A DNA stretch of 64,000 nt from an uncultured delta proteobacterium (GCA_963803435.1 CAWDML010000003.1:352001-416000); one strand, 5' to 3'. Shown: positions 42,289-53,977, numbered from the stretch's first letter. Program-made: numbers and translations. The notes: generated from the sequence alone by a model not told the origin.

Positions 42289-43773
42289 TCATTTGGGGGG
42301 CGCCGCACCGAGGGCGGCGCCGATCTTGTCCTCGATCTCCTGATAATCCGAGTACTTCGGGAACCGGTCGAGGATGCTCTGCCACTGGGCGACGGCGTCT
42401 TCGAGGCGACCGATCTCCAGGAGCGCCTGGGCGTGGGCGTCGAGGGTCCGGACCGTCTCGGTCTGGAGCGCCTCGGGATCGTTGGGAATCCGCTTCGGGG
42501 CCTCGGCGAGGGCGGTCTCGAACAGCCGGAGCCCCTCGGCGGCGAAGTCCGCCGCCAGCAGCTTCATCGGCGGTCGCGGCACCTCGCGGCGCTCGATCTT
42601 CCCGCCGATCCGCACGCCGGAGTCGACGGTGACCCGGCTGAAGCGCGCCAGCGCCGGCGACCAGCGGAACGTGCCCCAGAACGGCTCGCGCCCGGTGGTC
42701 AGGAAGGCGGCCAGGTCACGCTCGATCGGGATCGTGTCGTAGAAGTCGAGATGCCCGGGCTCGTCTCCCAGCCCGAGCTCGGTTCCGGCCTTTGTGTCCG
42801 CCTCGTCGATCTCGGGATCGGGTCGCTTCGTCCTCAGTGGCTCGACCTTCGCGATCAGCGCCCGCTGGTTGTCGCGGTACTGCTTCACCAGCTCCCTGAA
42901 CGCATCGACGTCGGCGGCGCCCGGCGTGGCGTCGCGCTGCGCGAGCGTCTTGAAGAGGGTATCGATCCGGTGGAGGTAGAGCTGTCCGCGGAGGATCCGG
43001 TACCCGATCGCGCGCGCGAGCGGAGCGTCTCCCGCGAGCACCTGATCGCTCTTCGACATCAGCTGGGCGTCGTTGGTGGTGAGCTCGGTGGATCGCACGG
43101 CCCGCGCGGCATAGAGCTTCTTCATGATCTCGAGGTAGCGCGCTTTTGCCACCGAGAACGCCGGCGCGTCGCTCATCACCTGCCGCATCTCCCTGGAGGC
43201 ACCCTCCAGGTTGCCGGAGTCCGCCAGATCGAGCGCCTTCGCGTAGCGCAGGATCGCCGGGAGCGGCGCCTCGGTATCCGACTGGTTCGACTCCTCCTCG
43301 CGGCAGGTCCCCGGTGCCAGCGCACACGAGAAGGAGCTGGTGAGCTTCTGCTGGAGATCGAAGAACTGGGTCTTCTTGCCGACCACCTTGTCGGTTGTGA
43401 CCACCCGCCCGGTGCTGACCTCGATCAACCGGACGTCGATGCGCAGCTGGTCTCCCGCCGCGCTGAACGCGCCGGTGACGGCGTGGGTCGCGCCCATGCC
43501 GTGGCCGAGCGCGAGCGCGGTCTTCTGATCGAAGTACTTCGAGCGCTGGAGCTTCATCTCCGCGAGGATCGACTCGAGCTTGGCGCGTTCGACCACCTCG
43601 ACCCCCGCGACGCCGGTCAGATCGGTGATGAGCATGTCCGCCATCCCCTTCCTGAGGACTTCGAAGTCACGGTCGGGGGTGTTGTTGTCGAAGTAGAGGA
43701 CTGCGACGCGGAGGTTCGCGCTGGCGGTGGCGGGGAGCGCGACCAGCATCAGGGTCGCCAGAAGCGGAAGCAT
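42289..43773 (-). CDS. Secreted CsgG/FlgO-like domain protein with TPR-like C-terminus
   Basis: Signal peptide; VAVLYFDN...GMADMLITDL...VVER...LRIDVRLIEVSTG. Confidence 0.75.
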   Translation of the reverse strand: MLPLLATLMLVALPATASANLRVAVLYFDNNTPDRDFEVLRKGMADMLITDLTGVAGVEVVERAKLESILAEMKLQRSKYFDQKTALALGHGMGATHAVTGAFSAAGDQLRIDVRLIEVSTGRVVTTDKVVGKKTQFFDLQQKLTSSFSCALAPGTCREEESNQSDTEAPLPAILRYAKALDLADSGNLEGASREMRQVMSDAPAFSVAKARYLEIMKKLYAARAVRSTELTTNDAQLMSKSDQVLAGDAPLARAIGYRILRGQLYLHRIDTLFKTLAQRDATPGAADVDAFRELVKQYRDNQRALIAKVEPLRTKRPDPEIDEADTKAGTELGLGDEPGHLDFYDTIPIERDLAAFLTTGREPFWGTFRWSPALARFSRVTVDSGVRIGGKIERREVPRPPMKLLAADFAAEGLRLFETALAEAPKRIPNDPEALQTETVRTLDAHAQALLEIGRLEDAVAQWQSILDRFPKYSDYQEIEDKIGAALGAAPPK

Positions 43774-43904
43774 GGCGGCAGTCTACCCAACGGACCGCCG
43801 CGGCGTTGGGTGTAGGTGCACCGACTACCCTATTCGGACGCACCGGATCGGGAGCGAACACGATAACGACAATGGGGCGAGCTATGCTCGCTCCGGGAGG
43901 AACG

Positions 43905-45788
43905 ATGCGCATCAGGATGATCGCGTCCCTCGGGGCCCTTTTTCTCTTCGCGTCGACCCGGGCCGACGCCTTCTCCGCCCAAGGCCACCGCTGGGAGAAC
44001 CAGCCCGGCGATCCGGTGCCGTACGAGCTCTCTCCCGACGGCACCGCCGACGTCCCCGATGGGACCGACCTCGAAGCGATCCGGCGCGCCTTCATGACCT
44101 GGGAGTCGGTCTCATGCGCGTACCTAACGTTCGCCGAGACGGCGTGGAGCGGCCAGAAGGTGGTGGCGAACGACGGCAAGAATCGGATCTTCTGGGCCGA
44201 GACCGCGGAGGAGTGGAACGGGAACCAGGGCACGCTCGCGCTGACGTACACGTTCTACAACCTCGACGGCGACATGCGCCTCACGGACGCCGACATGGTG
44301 ATCAACGGCGTGGACTGGACCTGGACCACGCACGACGAGGAGATCGGTACCGGAACGCCCGCCAAGGTCGACGTGGAGACGGTGGTGCTCCACGAGATCG
44401 GACACTTCTTCGGGCTGAACCACACCTCCGATCCGAGCGCCGTGATGTATCCCTCGAACAACAAGCTCAAGCAGCGCTCGCCGGCGACCGACGACATCGA
44501 GGGCATCTGCTCGCTCTATTCGAACGGGATGCCGGTGCCGGACGATCCGAACAATCCGACCGGCAACAGCGGAGGTCCGGTCGGTGCGCCCTGTCAGGCT
44601 CCGATCGACTGCGCCTCCACGCTCTGCATCGACGATCAGCTGATCAATCAGCAGTACTGCACCGCGCAGTGCGCGCCCGAGCGGCCGGAGACCTGCCCCT
44701 CCGGGTTCCTCTGCGAGGCCACCCAGCAGGGATCGTACTGCCTGGCACCGGCGCCGGTGGACGAGCTGTGCGATCAGTGCAGCGACGGATCGCAGTGCGC
44801 CACCGGCCTCTGCATCCAGGTGCCGAACGTCAACAACTACCAGCCGTTCTGCTCGCGGGCCTGCGACCCGACACCCGGCCAGCCTCAGCAGTGTCCGTCG
44901 GGCTACTCGTGCCAGGTCACGCAGCAGCAGCAGACGCAGCTGGGCGCGTGCGTGCCCAACACCGGGATCTGCAACCCGACCGGCAAGGGCGGCCAGAACG
45001 AGGCCTGCTTCGCCAACGGCGGGTGCAAGCCCGGCCTCATGTGTCTCGAGTACTATCCGGGCACGGGGATCGCGTTCTGCTACGGCGCCTGCCCGGCCCA
45101 GTACGACGGCTTCTCGTGCGGGATCGAGCGGTCGCGTTGCACCGCGCTGATGGACGTACCGAACACGGCGGCCTGCTTGACGATCGCCTCTGCAGGACAG
45201 CCCTGCATCCCCGAGGTCTGCGATCAGTTCTCCTTCTGCGCCTACGACGAGAACGTCGGGATCGACTCGGCGCTCTGCTACCAGGTGTGCACGCAGAACG
45301 GGTGCCCGCCCAACTTCTCCTGTCAGACGTTCGAGGGCATCCCGCCGCTCTGCGTCCCGAACGCCGGGTTCAAGTACGACGGCGAGTCCTGCGCGGGCAG
45401 CGCCGAGTGCGTCTCGGGACTCTGTCAGAACATCGGGCAGCTCAAGCTCTGTACAGAGACGTGCTCGGTCAACGACGCACAGGGCTGTCAAGCCGGCTTG
45501 CGCTGCGTGCCGGAGCCCGCCAGCTCGCAGGGGCTCTGCTGGCCGGAGAGCCTCTCCGACCCGGACGCTCAGGATCCGAGCCGCAACATCACGATGGTCC
45601 CGGCGCAGCCGGGCGTCTGCAGCTGCGACTTCACGAACCAGTGCGACCAGGGCTGCGCGTGCGATCCGGAGTGCACCGGGTGCGGTTGCACCAGCGCCGG
45701 CGGGCCGAGTGGGAGCGTCCTCTGGGCTCTCTTGCCCCTGCTGGCCGGGGGGCTACTCCGACGGCGTCGCGTCGTGCGGCACCACTAG
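43905..45788 (+). CDS. Matrixin (M10) metalloprotease with Cys-rich repeats and MYXO-CTERM
   Basis: HEIGHFFGLNH and Met-turn AVMYP; Cys-rich repeats; GCGC...hydrophobic...RRRR tail. Confidence 0.9.
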   Translation: MRIRMIASLGALFLFASTRADAFSAQGHRWENQPGDPVPYELSPDGTADVPDGTDLEAIRRAFMTWESVSCAYLTFAETAWSGQKVVANDGKNRIFWAETAEEWNGNQGTLALTYTFYNLDGDMRLTDADMVINGVDWTWTTHDEEIGTGTPAKVDVETVVLHEIGHFFGLNHTSDPSAVMYPSNNKLKQRSPATDDIEGICSLYSNGMPVPDDPNNPTGNSGGPVGAPCQAPIDCASTLCIDDQLINQQYCTAQCAPERPETCPSGFLCEATQQGSYCLAPAPVDELCDQCSDGSQCATGLCIQVPNVNNYQPFCSRACDPTPGQPQQCPSGYSCQVTQQQQTQLGACVPNTGICNPTGKGGQNEACFANGGCKPGLMCLEYYPGTGIAFCYGACPAQYDGFSCGIERSRCTALMDVPNTAACLTIASAGQPCIPEVCDQFSFCAYDENVGIDSALCYQVCTQNGCPPNFSCQTFEGIPPLCVPNAGFKYDGESCAGSAECVSGLCQNIGQLKLCTETCSVNDAQGCQAGLRCVPEPASSQGLCWPESLSDPDAQDPSRNITMVPAQPGVCSCDFTNQCDQGCACDPECTGCGCTSAGGPSGSVLWALLPLLAGGLLRRRRVVRHH

Positions 45789-46658
45789 TACGGGCACCTT
45801 CGCCTCCGCGATCACGCGCGTCGCCGTGGAGCCGATGATCATACGGTGCCAGGCGTTGTGTCCACTGGTGCCGATCGCGATCAGATCCGCGCCGAGAATC
45901 TCGGCCGTGTCGAGGATGACGTTGGCGGCCGGCGCCTTGCTCATGGCCTCCGCGCTCACCGTGACGGTACCCGTGTCGACCTCTCGGATAATCTGCTCGA
46001 TCGCCTTCTCCCGCTCTGCGCGGAGCGACTCGATCTCCTCAGCGGAGAAGTAGCGCGGAAGGACGTCCTCGTCGACGGAGACCAGCGGCGTCTCGTAGAG
46101 TGAGAGGGCCTGCACGCGTCCGCCGGGGATCGTCATCCGGATCGCGCCGGACAGCACGCCCTTCGACACCGGGGACAGGTCGATGGCCGCCAGCACGTTG
46201 GCGAAGTGGGTCGAGTGCCTTCGCTCGCCGACGACCAGCACGGGACAATGCGCCACACGGATCAGCGCGTTCGCTACGCTGCCGAGCAGGGTCCGGCGTA
46301 GGACCCCGTAGCCGTGGCTGGCGATCACGATCAGATCGGCGCCGATCGTGCTGGCCACGCTCGCCAGATCCCGGGATGGGATCCCACGTTTGACCTCGCG
46401 CGTGATCTGCAGGTGCTCGCTCTGGATCTCGCCGAGCTTCTCGAGGGCGACCTTCCGCCGGCTCTCCTCGATCTGCGCCATGTCGGTGGCCGTATAGGCG
46501 AACGGATACGGCGCATGCAGGACGGACATGTCCAGGATGTGGATGATGTGAACGCGCTTGGCGCCGACCCTCGCGCCCATGTCCAGGGCGGTTTGAATCG
46601 CCACGTCGGACAAGGGCGAGAAGTCGGTGGCAGCGACGATGGTCTCGATCTTCTTCAT
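45753..46658 (-). CDS. Tandem-domain universal stress protein
   Basis: VAATDFS..ADLIVIASHG..LGSVA..CPVLVV occurs as two similar units. Confidence 0.93.
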   Translation of the reverse strand: MKKIETIVAATDFSPLSDVAIQTALDMGARVGAKRVHIIHILDMSVLHAPYPFAYTATDMAQIEESRRKVALEKLGEIQSEHLQITREVKRGIPSRDLASVASTIGADLIVIASHGYGVLRRTLLGSVANALIRVAHCPVLVVGERRHSTHFANVLAAIDLSPVSKGVLSGAIRMTIPGGRVQALSLYETPLVSVDEDVLPRYFSAEEIESLRAEREKAIEQIIREVDTGTVTVSAEAMSKAPAANVILDTAEILGADLIAIGTSGHNAWHRMIIGSTATRVIAEAKVPVLVVPHDATPSE

Positions 46659-46682
46659 GGGTGCTCCCCGCGCAGGAAATGA

Positions 46683-46698
46683 CGCAAACACCGTGCCG
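46683..46698 (-). promoter_or_regulatory. Sigma54 (-24/-12) promoter of the usp gene
   Basis: Minus strand reads CGGCACGGTGTTTGCG, i.e. GG-N10-GC with GGCACG...TTGC. Confidence 0.65.
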
Positions 46699-46746
46699 AT
46701 GCCGAACGCCCGGAGGTCGCGCGGCGCGTTACCGGAGGGAAACCGC

Positions 46747-47625
46747 TCACGGGCGGACCTTCACCCGGGTCAGGCGGTCGTAGATGTTCTCCTCCCAGTA
46801 GGCGGACCGGAGGGACTCGATGAGCGTCATGCCGAAGTTGCCGGCGTTCGAGCGGACCTGGATCAGCGTGCGCGCGGGATCGAGGGCGCGCCAGTACGTC
46901 ACCTCGTCCGTGGTGGGGCCGAACGTGGACTCGATCGCGTGGGCGTAGTGGACGACGATCTTCTCCGCGTCCTCCTCTCTCGCCGCCGTCGTGATCTTCT
47001 CGGTGCCGACCAGCTCGATCATGGCATCGACGTACGTGCCGTCGATCAGGATCACCGAGAAGTCGACCTGCTTGTTGAGCGTGAAGTCGACCGTGCGGAC
47101 CACCAGCGGCATCGCCACGGTGGGATAGGCGAGCGTCTCGTATTCGATCGTATCGTCGGTGTTGCCGTAGTCGTCGCTGCGCTCGAGCACGTGGACCTGT
47201 CGGCCGGCCAAGAACGCGAGCTCACGGTACTGGTTCGAGCACCAGTCGAAGCGGTTGGCGGACACCTTCATCGGCGACAGATCTTCCTGCGCAAAGTTGG
47301 TGACGAAGGACTGCTTGAGCTGCTCGCTCCCGGACTCGTACTCGAAGAACAGCGTCCACTTGAGATCGGGGACGCCCGGGTCGGCCTTGGTCTGACGCAC
47401 GCGATCGAAGCCGTGCTTGGTGAGCTGGGTGGCGGCGGTGAAGCTCCGGCGTCCACCCGAGCCGTCGAACCAGGCGTCGTAAAAGGCGACCTCGGACTTG
47501 CCGTCGTCCCAGAGCGGCTGCGTCAGCCAGGCGTGCTCGGCGATGGTCGGAGAGGGCGCCTCCGGGGGCCCGTCGGGCTGGTGGCAGGCGAAGAGGAGCA
47601 GCGCCAGGCACGCCGTCGATCGCAT
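46747..47625 (-). CDS. Hypothetical lipoprotein
   Basis: MRSTACLALLLFAC lipobox; WDDGKSEVAFY and LRSAYW motifs. Confidence 0.65.
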   Translation of the reverse strand: MRSTACLALLLFACHQPDGPPEAPSPTIAEHAWLTQPLWDDGKSEVAFYDAWFDGSGGRRSFTAATQLTKHGFDRVRQTKADPGVPDLKWTLFFEYESGSEQLKQSFVTNFAQEDLSPMKVSANRFDWCSNQYRELAFLAGRQVHVLERSDDYGNTDDTIEYETLAYPTVAMPLVVRTVDFTLNKQVDFSVILIDGTYVDAMIELVGTEKITTAAREEDAEKIVVHYAHAIESTFGPTTDEVTYWRALDPARTLIQVRSNAGNFGMTLIESLRSAYWEENIYDRLTRVKVRP

Positions 47626-47753
47626 GGAATCGAGGTAGCGCGGATCGGTTCGTGCGGTAAAGGTTTGACGCCGAGCGGCCGTTTCCCCCACGTTTTCGTA
47701 GGCATTGAACAAGTCGTTGTGCGGTCGCGGACAATGGTTCTAGGCGAGTTCGT

Positions 47754-49076
<1,323 letters not shown>

Positions 49077-49118
49077 GAGCCGGTCCAGAAACCGTTCCGT
49101 TCGCAGTTTGCTGTTTCG

Positions 49119-50405
49119 GTGCGCCGCGAAGCGGCGTCGTTCCTAGCAGGATGAGAGGAGCCTGCCCTGATAGTAATCGAGCAGTCAGGTAGCCAGATCC
49201 CCTGCGTGGCGCCGCGAGGTGCCCAGCAGAAGCGGGATCAGAACGGTCACGGGCGGCAATCCGTGGCTGCGAAGTGGCGGGCCGCAGCGCGAAGCGAACC
49301 CAGCCGTAGCCTCGTAAGGATATGGAGAGGCCGAGCCCCTCGGAACTGGGCGAAGGCAGGACGGACGTGAACAGCGGCTCGATGCGCGAAGCGTTCCGCT
49401 CTCCCGGGGTAACAGGGGCAGCACGCCACGAAAGGAAGACGTTGAACGCGGGAGACCTCGACCGGCGCGGATGGCCACCGCAGCGCACGCACAAGGCCGC
49501 AAGCCGAGGCGCGCGGGCCGGCGAGGAGTCGGACGAGTCCGTAGTACCTGAGAAGGCAGTGAAAACCGCTGGAGGGAAGGGGCTCTACTTGTCGATGCCC
49601 GCGAAGGACGGGGGATTGCGATGACGCTAGAAACTCCTTCGAAGATCCGCGAGCTGCAAAGGGCGCTGTACCAGACGGGCCAAGAAGGAGCCGAAGTTCC
49701 GCTTCTACGCGCTCTACGACAAGGTCTACCGTCCGGACATCCTGGCGCATGCCTACGCGTTGGCAAGAGCCAACCGAGGCGCGCCCGGGCCCGACGGCGA
49801 GACCTTCGAGGAGATCGAACAGAGCGGAAAGACGGCGCTGCTGGATGAGCTGCACAATGCGCTGAAGAACAAGACGTATCGCCCGGGACCAGTCCGCCGA
49901 GTGAACATCCCAAAACCTGACGGCGGTGAGAGGCCGTTGGGCATCCCGAATATTCGAGATCGCATCGTCCAGGGAGCAGCCAAGCTGATCCTGGAGCCGA
50001 TCTTCGAAGCGGATTACGACGACGCGTCGTTCGGATTCCGTCCACGAAGAGGTGCGCACCAAGCGCTCGATGCGATCGGCGAAGCCTTCGACGAAGGGAT
50101 GTGTTGGGTGATCGACGCCGACATCACGGCCTACTTCGACACGATCCCTCACGACCACCTGATGAAGGCTGTCGCGGAGCGCGTCGTCGACGGTCCAATG
50201 CTGGCGCTGATCAAGATGTTCCTCGAAGCACCCATCGTAGCGAGCGATGACTCGCGCCCACGGCGGAACCGCAAGGGGACGCCGCAGGGAGGTGTGATAT
50301 CGCCGCTCCTTGCGAACCTCTACCTGCACCTGCTGGACCGTAACTTCAGGAAGTACGTAGCGGTGGATGCGCTCGACGGACGGCTGGTCCGCTATGCCGA
50401 CGATT
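49119..50405 (+). mobile_element. Group II intron, 3'-truncated
   Basis: 5' GTGCG at 49119; DIII-like GGAGTCGGA...GTAGTACC...GGAGGGAAGGG at about 49525-49582; RT ORF follows. No DV/DVI found. Confidence 0.85.
49621..50405 (+). pseudogene. Group II intron reverse transcriptase, frameshifted (GGG at 49677-49679) and cut after YADD
   Basis: [67 protein letters not shown] and RYADD. Confidence 0.9.
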
Positions 50406-50539
50406 GTGCGCCACGACGTCGCATGGTGGTGAAAGCCTCTCCAGGTGCGGCCTTCGAAGTGATCGAGGCCGAGTTCGCCTTTCATTTCCTGGTAGTCGCG
50501 CTCAACACGCCAGCGCAGCTTGCGGAGACGAACGGCCAT
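50406..50539 (-). mobile_element. IS701-family transposase C-terminal remnant
   Basis: [39 protein letters not shown] matches the IS701 transposase C-terminal signature. Confidence 0.8.
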
Positions 50540-50687
50540 CGGTTAAACGCTCTTGCGCTCACCTTCGAGCAATAGCCCCGTCACGTAGTGGGTCATCGCG
50601 CGCGCCGCTCAGGACGCCCCATACCCTCGGTCATCGTCGCGAGGAAGGACGTCAGCTCGCTGTCGAGCTTCTTCAGTTCGTGCGGCT

Positions 50688-50915
50688 TCATATCCTCGCG
50701 TACCCGAATCGCCCCTTCACCGCGTGGTTGAAGTAGACGCCCTTCGACTCCGCCACCAAGAAGCCGCCATAGATCTCGGCCGGCACCTCGAAGTACCGGT
50801 ACACGGTGCCACTGCGAAACTCGATCTCCAGCGTTCGCACGTCGACTGCGTATCCAACCGAAGCCACACTCGACGACTCGACAGGGACTCGTGGTAGCGA
50901 TGCTCCATTCATCAT
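50688..50915 (-). CDS. KTSC domain protein
   Basis: VESSSVASVGY...TLEIEFRSGTVYRYFEVP...AESKGVYFN. Confidence 0.9.
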   Translation of the reverse strand: MMNGASLPRVPVESSSVASVGYAVDVRTLEIEFRSGTVYRYFEVPAEIYGGFLVAESKGVYFNHAVKGRFGYARI

Positions 50916-51032
50916 GCGCGCCACGATCTCAGGTTCCGATCGCGACGACGATCCCCCGCCGCAACAGATCGATCTCAATCGGCTTTCACACGTGGTCGCG
51001 CCGTCCGCGGAAAGGACCAGGTAGTACTAAGC

Positions 51033-53117
51033 TCAGCGCTTCGCGGATTTGACGATCGCGAGGATGTCGGGGCCGTGCTTGGCCCGCTTGGCCGGACCGA
51101 TCCCCGAGATCGATTCGAGGGCGGTGAGCGTGGCCGGGCGCGCGGTCGCGACGGCGCGCAGCAGGGCGTCGGTGGCGACGACGTACGCCGGCATCTCGAG
51201 CTCGCGGGCGGTGGCGGTGCGCCAGGCGCGGAGCAGCGCGAAGAGGTCCTGATCCTCAGGGCGGAGCGGGAGCGCGGCCGGACTCTCCTTCTTGCCGCGG
51301 CCGGTGCGGGACCTCTTCTTGGTGGGGACGTCGTCACCCCAGCGGGCCAGGCGGAGATCGAGCGAGATCGGCGTTCGGGCGCGGAGGGACTCGGCACCAG
51401 CGTCGGTGAGCACGAGGCGCGGATACTCCTCGATGGTGATGTGGGCGAGGCCGGCCCGGAGGAGGGCGTCGAAGAGGGCGATCAGCTCGTCCTTGGACCA
51501 GTCGGCGAGGAGGCCGAAGGTGGTGAGGCGGTCGAGGCCGACGCGCTTCACCTGGGGGCTGACCTTGCCCTGGAGAACCTCGATGACGCGGCCGCGGCCC
51601 CAGCGGCCCCGCATGCGGGCGATGCAGGAGAGCGCTTTCTGGGCGTCGGTGAGGTGAGGAGCCGCGAGGGGCCGGGGATCGGGCATCCGGCAGCGATCGC
51701 AATCGCCGCAGCGCTCGGGGCGGCGTCGGTCACCGAAGTAGTCGACCAGATAGCGGCGGCGGCAGGGCGCGCGGGTGACGTAGCCGACGATGGCGTCCAG
51801 CTTCATGCGCTCGTGACGAACGCGGCGCTCGAGGGCGCTGGCGGGCAGAGAGGGGCGATCGGCGTGGACCCGCAGGATCCCGTCGGCGAAGGAGAGGTCG
51901 CCGGTGCGCTCGAGCGCGACCACCGCGGCGCGAGCCGAGGGGCCCAGCCTCCGCTCGGCGAGCTCCGAGAGGGCGTCGAGGTGCGAGGGCGGAGGATTGC
52001 CGTGACGGGCCACGTCTCGAGCTAGATGCAAGGCACCTTGCAGAGTGGCGAAGTTGGGACAGGAGGCCTCGAGGCGCATCAACGCATAGCGGAGATCGCT
52101 GGCGTGGTAGATGAGCACGCCGCCGGCGGGCAGGCCGTCGCGCCCGGCGCGGCCGACCTCCTGATAGTAGGCCTCGAGGGAGGAGGGGACGTGGAAGTGG
52201 ACGACGACGCGGACGTCCTCCTTGTCGATCCCCATGCCGAACGCGCTGGTCGCGACCACGACGCGGTTCTTCTCCGCCTGGAAGGTCTCCTGGACGCGGG
52301 TGCGAGCCTCGCTCGACATGCCCGCGTGGTAGGCCTCGGCAGCGAAGCCGGCGGCGCTCAGGCTCTCGGCGAGCTCGTCAGAGCTCCGGCGGGTGGCCAC
52401 GTACACGATCGCCGAGCCGCCGTCCTTCATCCGCTCGCGGAGGGCGGCGGCCGTGGCCACGATCTTCTGCTCGCCCCGGTGCGCCTCCTCGACGGACAGC
52501 TGAAGGTTGGGCCGATCGAAGCCAGTGACGATCGTCTCGGCGTCCGGGAGGCGGAGGTTCTCGAGGATGTCCTGCTGGACGTCGCGGGTGGCGGTGGCAG
52601 TGAGGCAGGCGATCCGCCGCGGGCGGAGCTCTTCGATGACCTCGCCGAGCCTGGCGTAGTCCGGCCGGAAGTCGTGACCCCACTCGGAGATGCAGTGGGC
52701 CTCGTCGATCACGAAGAGCGGGACCGAGACCCTGGCGAGGCGCTGGGTGAAGCCGGGCTGCCGGAACCGCTCGGGCGCCACGTACAGGAGCTTCAGTCGG
52801 CCGGCGTCGAGATCCTCGAAGGCACGCCGGCGCGCTGAAGCGTCGTCGGCCGAGGTGATGGATGCGACGGGGACACCGTGGGCGGTGAGCGCAGTGACCT
52901 GATCGAGGATCAGCGCGATCAGCGGCGATACCACGACGGTGGTGCCCTCGAGGAGCACGGCGGGGAGCTGGTAGCAGAGGCTCTTTCCCGAGCCGGTGGG
53001 CATGACCGCGAGCGTGGGCCGACCGGCCATGACCGCGTCGATGACCTCGCGCTGCCCGATCCGGAAGGCGTCGTGACCGAACACCGACCGGAGCGCCTCG
53101 ATGAGCTGCTCGGACAC
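51033..53117 (-). CDS. recQ: RecQ family DNA helicase with RQC and HRDC domains
   Basis: MPTGSGKS, IDEAHCISEWGHDFRP, YYQEVGRAGRDG, CRR..YFG..CGDCDRC and HRDC; GTG at 53117 proposed as start. Confidence 0.93.
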   Translation of the reverse strand: MSEQLIEALRSVFGHDAFRIGQREVIDAVMAGRPTLAVMPTGSGKSLCYQLPAVLLEGTTVVVSPLIALILDQVTALTAHGVPVASITSADDASARRRAFEDLDAGRLKLLYVAPERFRQPGFTQRLARVSVPLFVIDEAHCISEWGHDFRPDYARLGEVIEELRPRRIACLTATATRDVQQDILENLRLPDAETIVTGFDRPNLQLSVEEAHRGEQKIVATAAALRERMKDGGSAIVYVATRRSSDELAESLSAAGFAAEAYHAGMSSEARTRVQETFQAEKNRVVVATSAFGMGIDKEDVRVVVHFHVPSSLEAYYQEVGRAGRDGLPAGGVLIYHASDLRYALMRLEASCPNFATLQGALHLARDVARHGNPPPSHLDALSELAERRLGPSARAAVVALERTGDLSFADGILRVHADRPSLPASALERRVRHERMKLDAIVGYVTRAPCRRRYLVDYFGDRRRPERCGDCDRCRMPDPRPLAAPHLTDAQKALSCIARMRGRWGRGRVIEVLQGKVSPQVKRVGLDRLTTFGLLADWSKDELIALFDALLRAGLAHITIEEYPRLVLTDAGAESLRARTPISLDLRLARWGDDVPTKKRSRTGRGKKESPAALPLRPEDQDLFALLRAWRTATARELEMPAYVVATDALLRAVATARPATLTALESISGIGPAKRAKHGPDILAIVKSAKR

Positions 53118-53182
53118 CCGTCGAACGTATCCATCGCCCGCGCCCTCGCCAAGCACGAGCTGTCCGCTTTCGTTCCGCTCGC

Positions 53183-53977
53183 TCAGACAGCCTTGAAGAC
53201 GGCGAGCGCGAGCTCGACCACGATCAGGAGCACGATCGCCCACTCCAGCCGGTTGGAGAGATGGCCCAGCCAGATGTTGAGCGTCAGACCGGTGACGCGC
53301 TCGACCGCCTCGAGCTTCTGCAGCATGGCGAGATGGCGCTCCTTGAGCTCGAGGTTGGAGAAGAGCCCGTCGTAGAGGAGCGCGATGCGTGCATCGTCCC
53401 AGGTCTCCTCAGGACGATCGAGGAGGTAGAAGAGGCTCGCCAGCTCCAGGCGGTCGGTGGTGAGCCGGCCGATGCGCTGGATCAGCGCCCGCGACTCGCC
53501 CGCCACGCGCCCGCGCTCGGCGAGGAAGCGGGCGCGGGGGAGCGCAGCTTCGATCAGGTCGTCGGCCGCCTTCTCGTAGCGCTCGATGGCGGCGGACTGT
53601 CCCAGGAGCAGCGCGACCGCCGCCACCAGACCGGGCTCGCGCGACGGGATCACGACCTGATCCCAGCCGATGCGGGGAGAGGTCTTCGACCGCTCTGGAT
53701 CGACCGCGACGTAGTACGTCTCGGTCGTCTCGGGGAGCGGCCGGCGTCCGACGGACTTCTCGATCGTCTCGGCCAGCGCCGGATCGATCTTTCCCGCGCC
53801 GTCGACCACGACGGCGCCGAAGTCGAAGAGGAAGATCCGCCCGAACTCATCGGCGTCGAACGCGACGCCGTAGACATAGTGCCGGACGACGCCCCAGGCG
53901 AGGCGTTGCGTCGCGGCGACCAGGTCGACACGCCCATCCAGCGCGATGGCAGTCATGGGCCGTGGCGCGGACTCCAC
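53183..53977 (-). CDS. RMD1/DUF155 family protein
   Basis: FLFDFGAVV, LGQSAAIERYE, LDRPEETW, LELKER..KL and RLEWAIVLLI. Start may be 53956. Confidence 0.85.
   Translation of the reverse strand: MESAPRPMTAIALDGRVDLVAATQRLAWGVVRHYVYGVAFDADEFGRIFLFDFGAVVVDGAGKIDPALAETIEKSVGRRPLPETTETYYVAVDPERSKTSPRIGWDQVVIPSREPGLVAAVALLLGQSAAIERYEKAADDLIEAALPRARFLAERGRVAGESRALIQRIGRLTTDRLELASLFYLLDRPEETWDDARIALLYDGLFSNLELKERHLAMLQKLEAVERVTGLTLNIWLGHLSNRLEWAIVLLIVVELALAVFKAV

Noticed and set aside
50406-50440. Second GTGCGCC right after YADD, suggesting a nested intron (twintron)
   Set aside because: The following sequence reads as IS701 transposase on the minus strand and no intron domains follow; it is probably coincidental.
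49247-50539. 430-aa minus-strand ORF as an intact transposase
   Set aside because: Only the first ~40 aa are IS701-like; the rest is the antisense of the intron.
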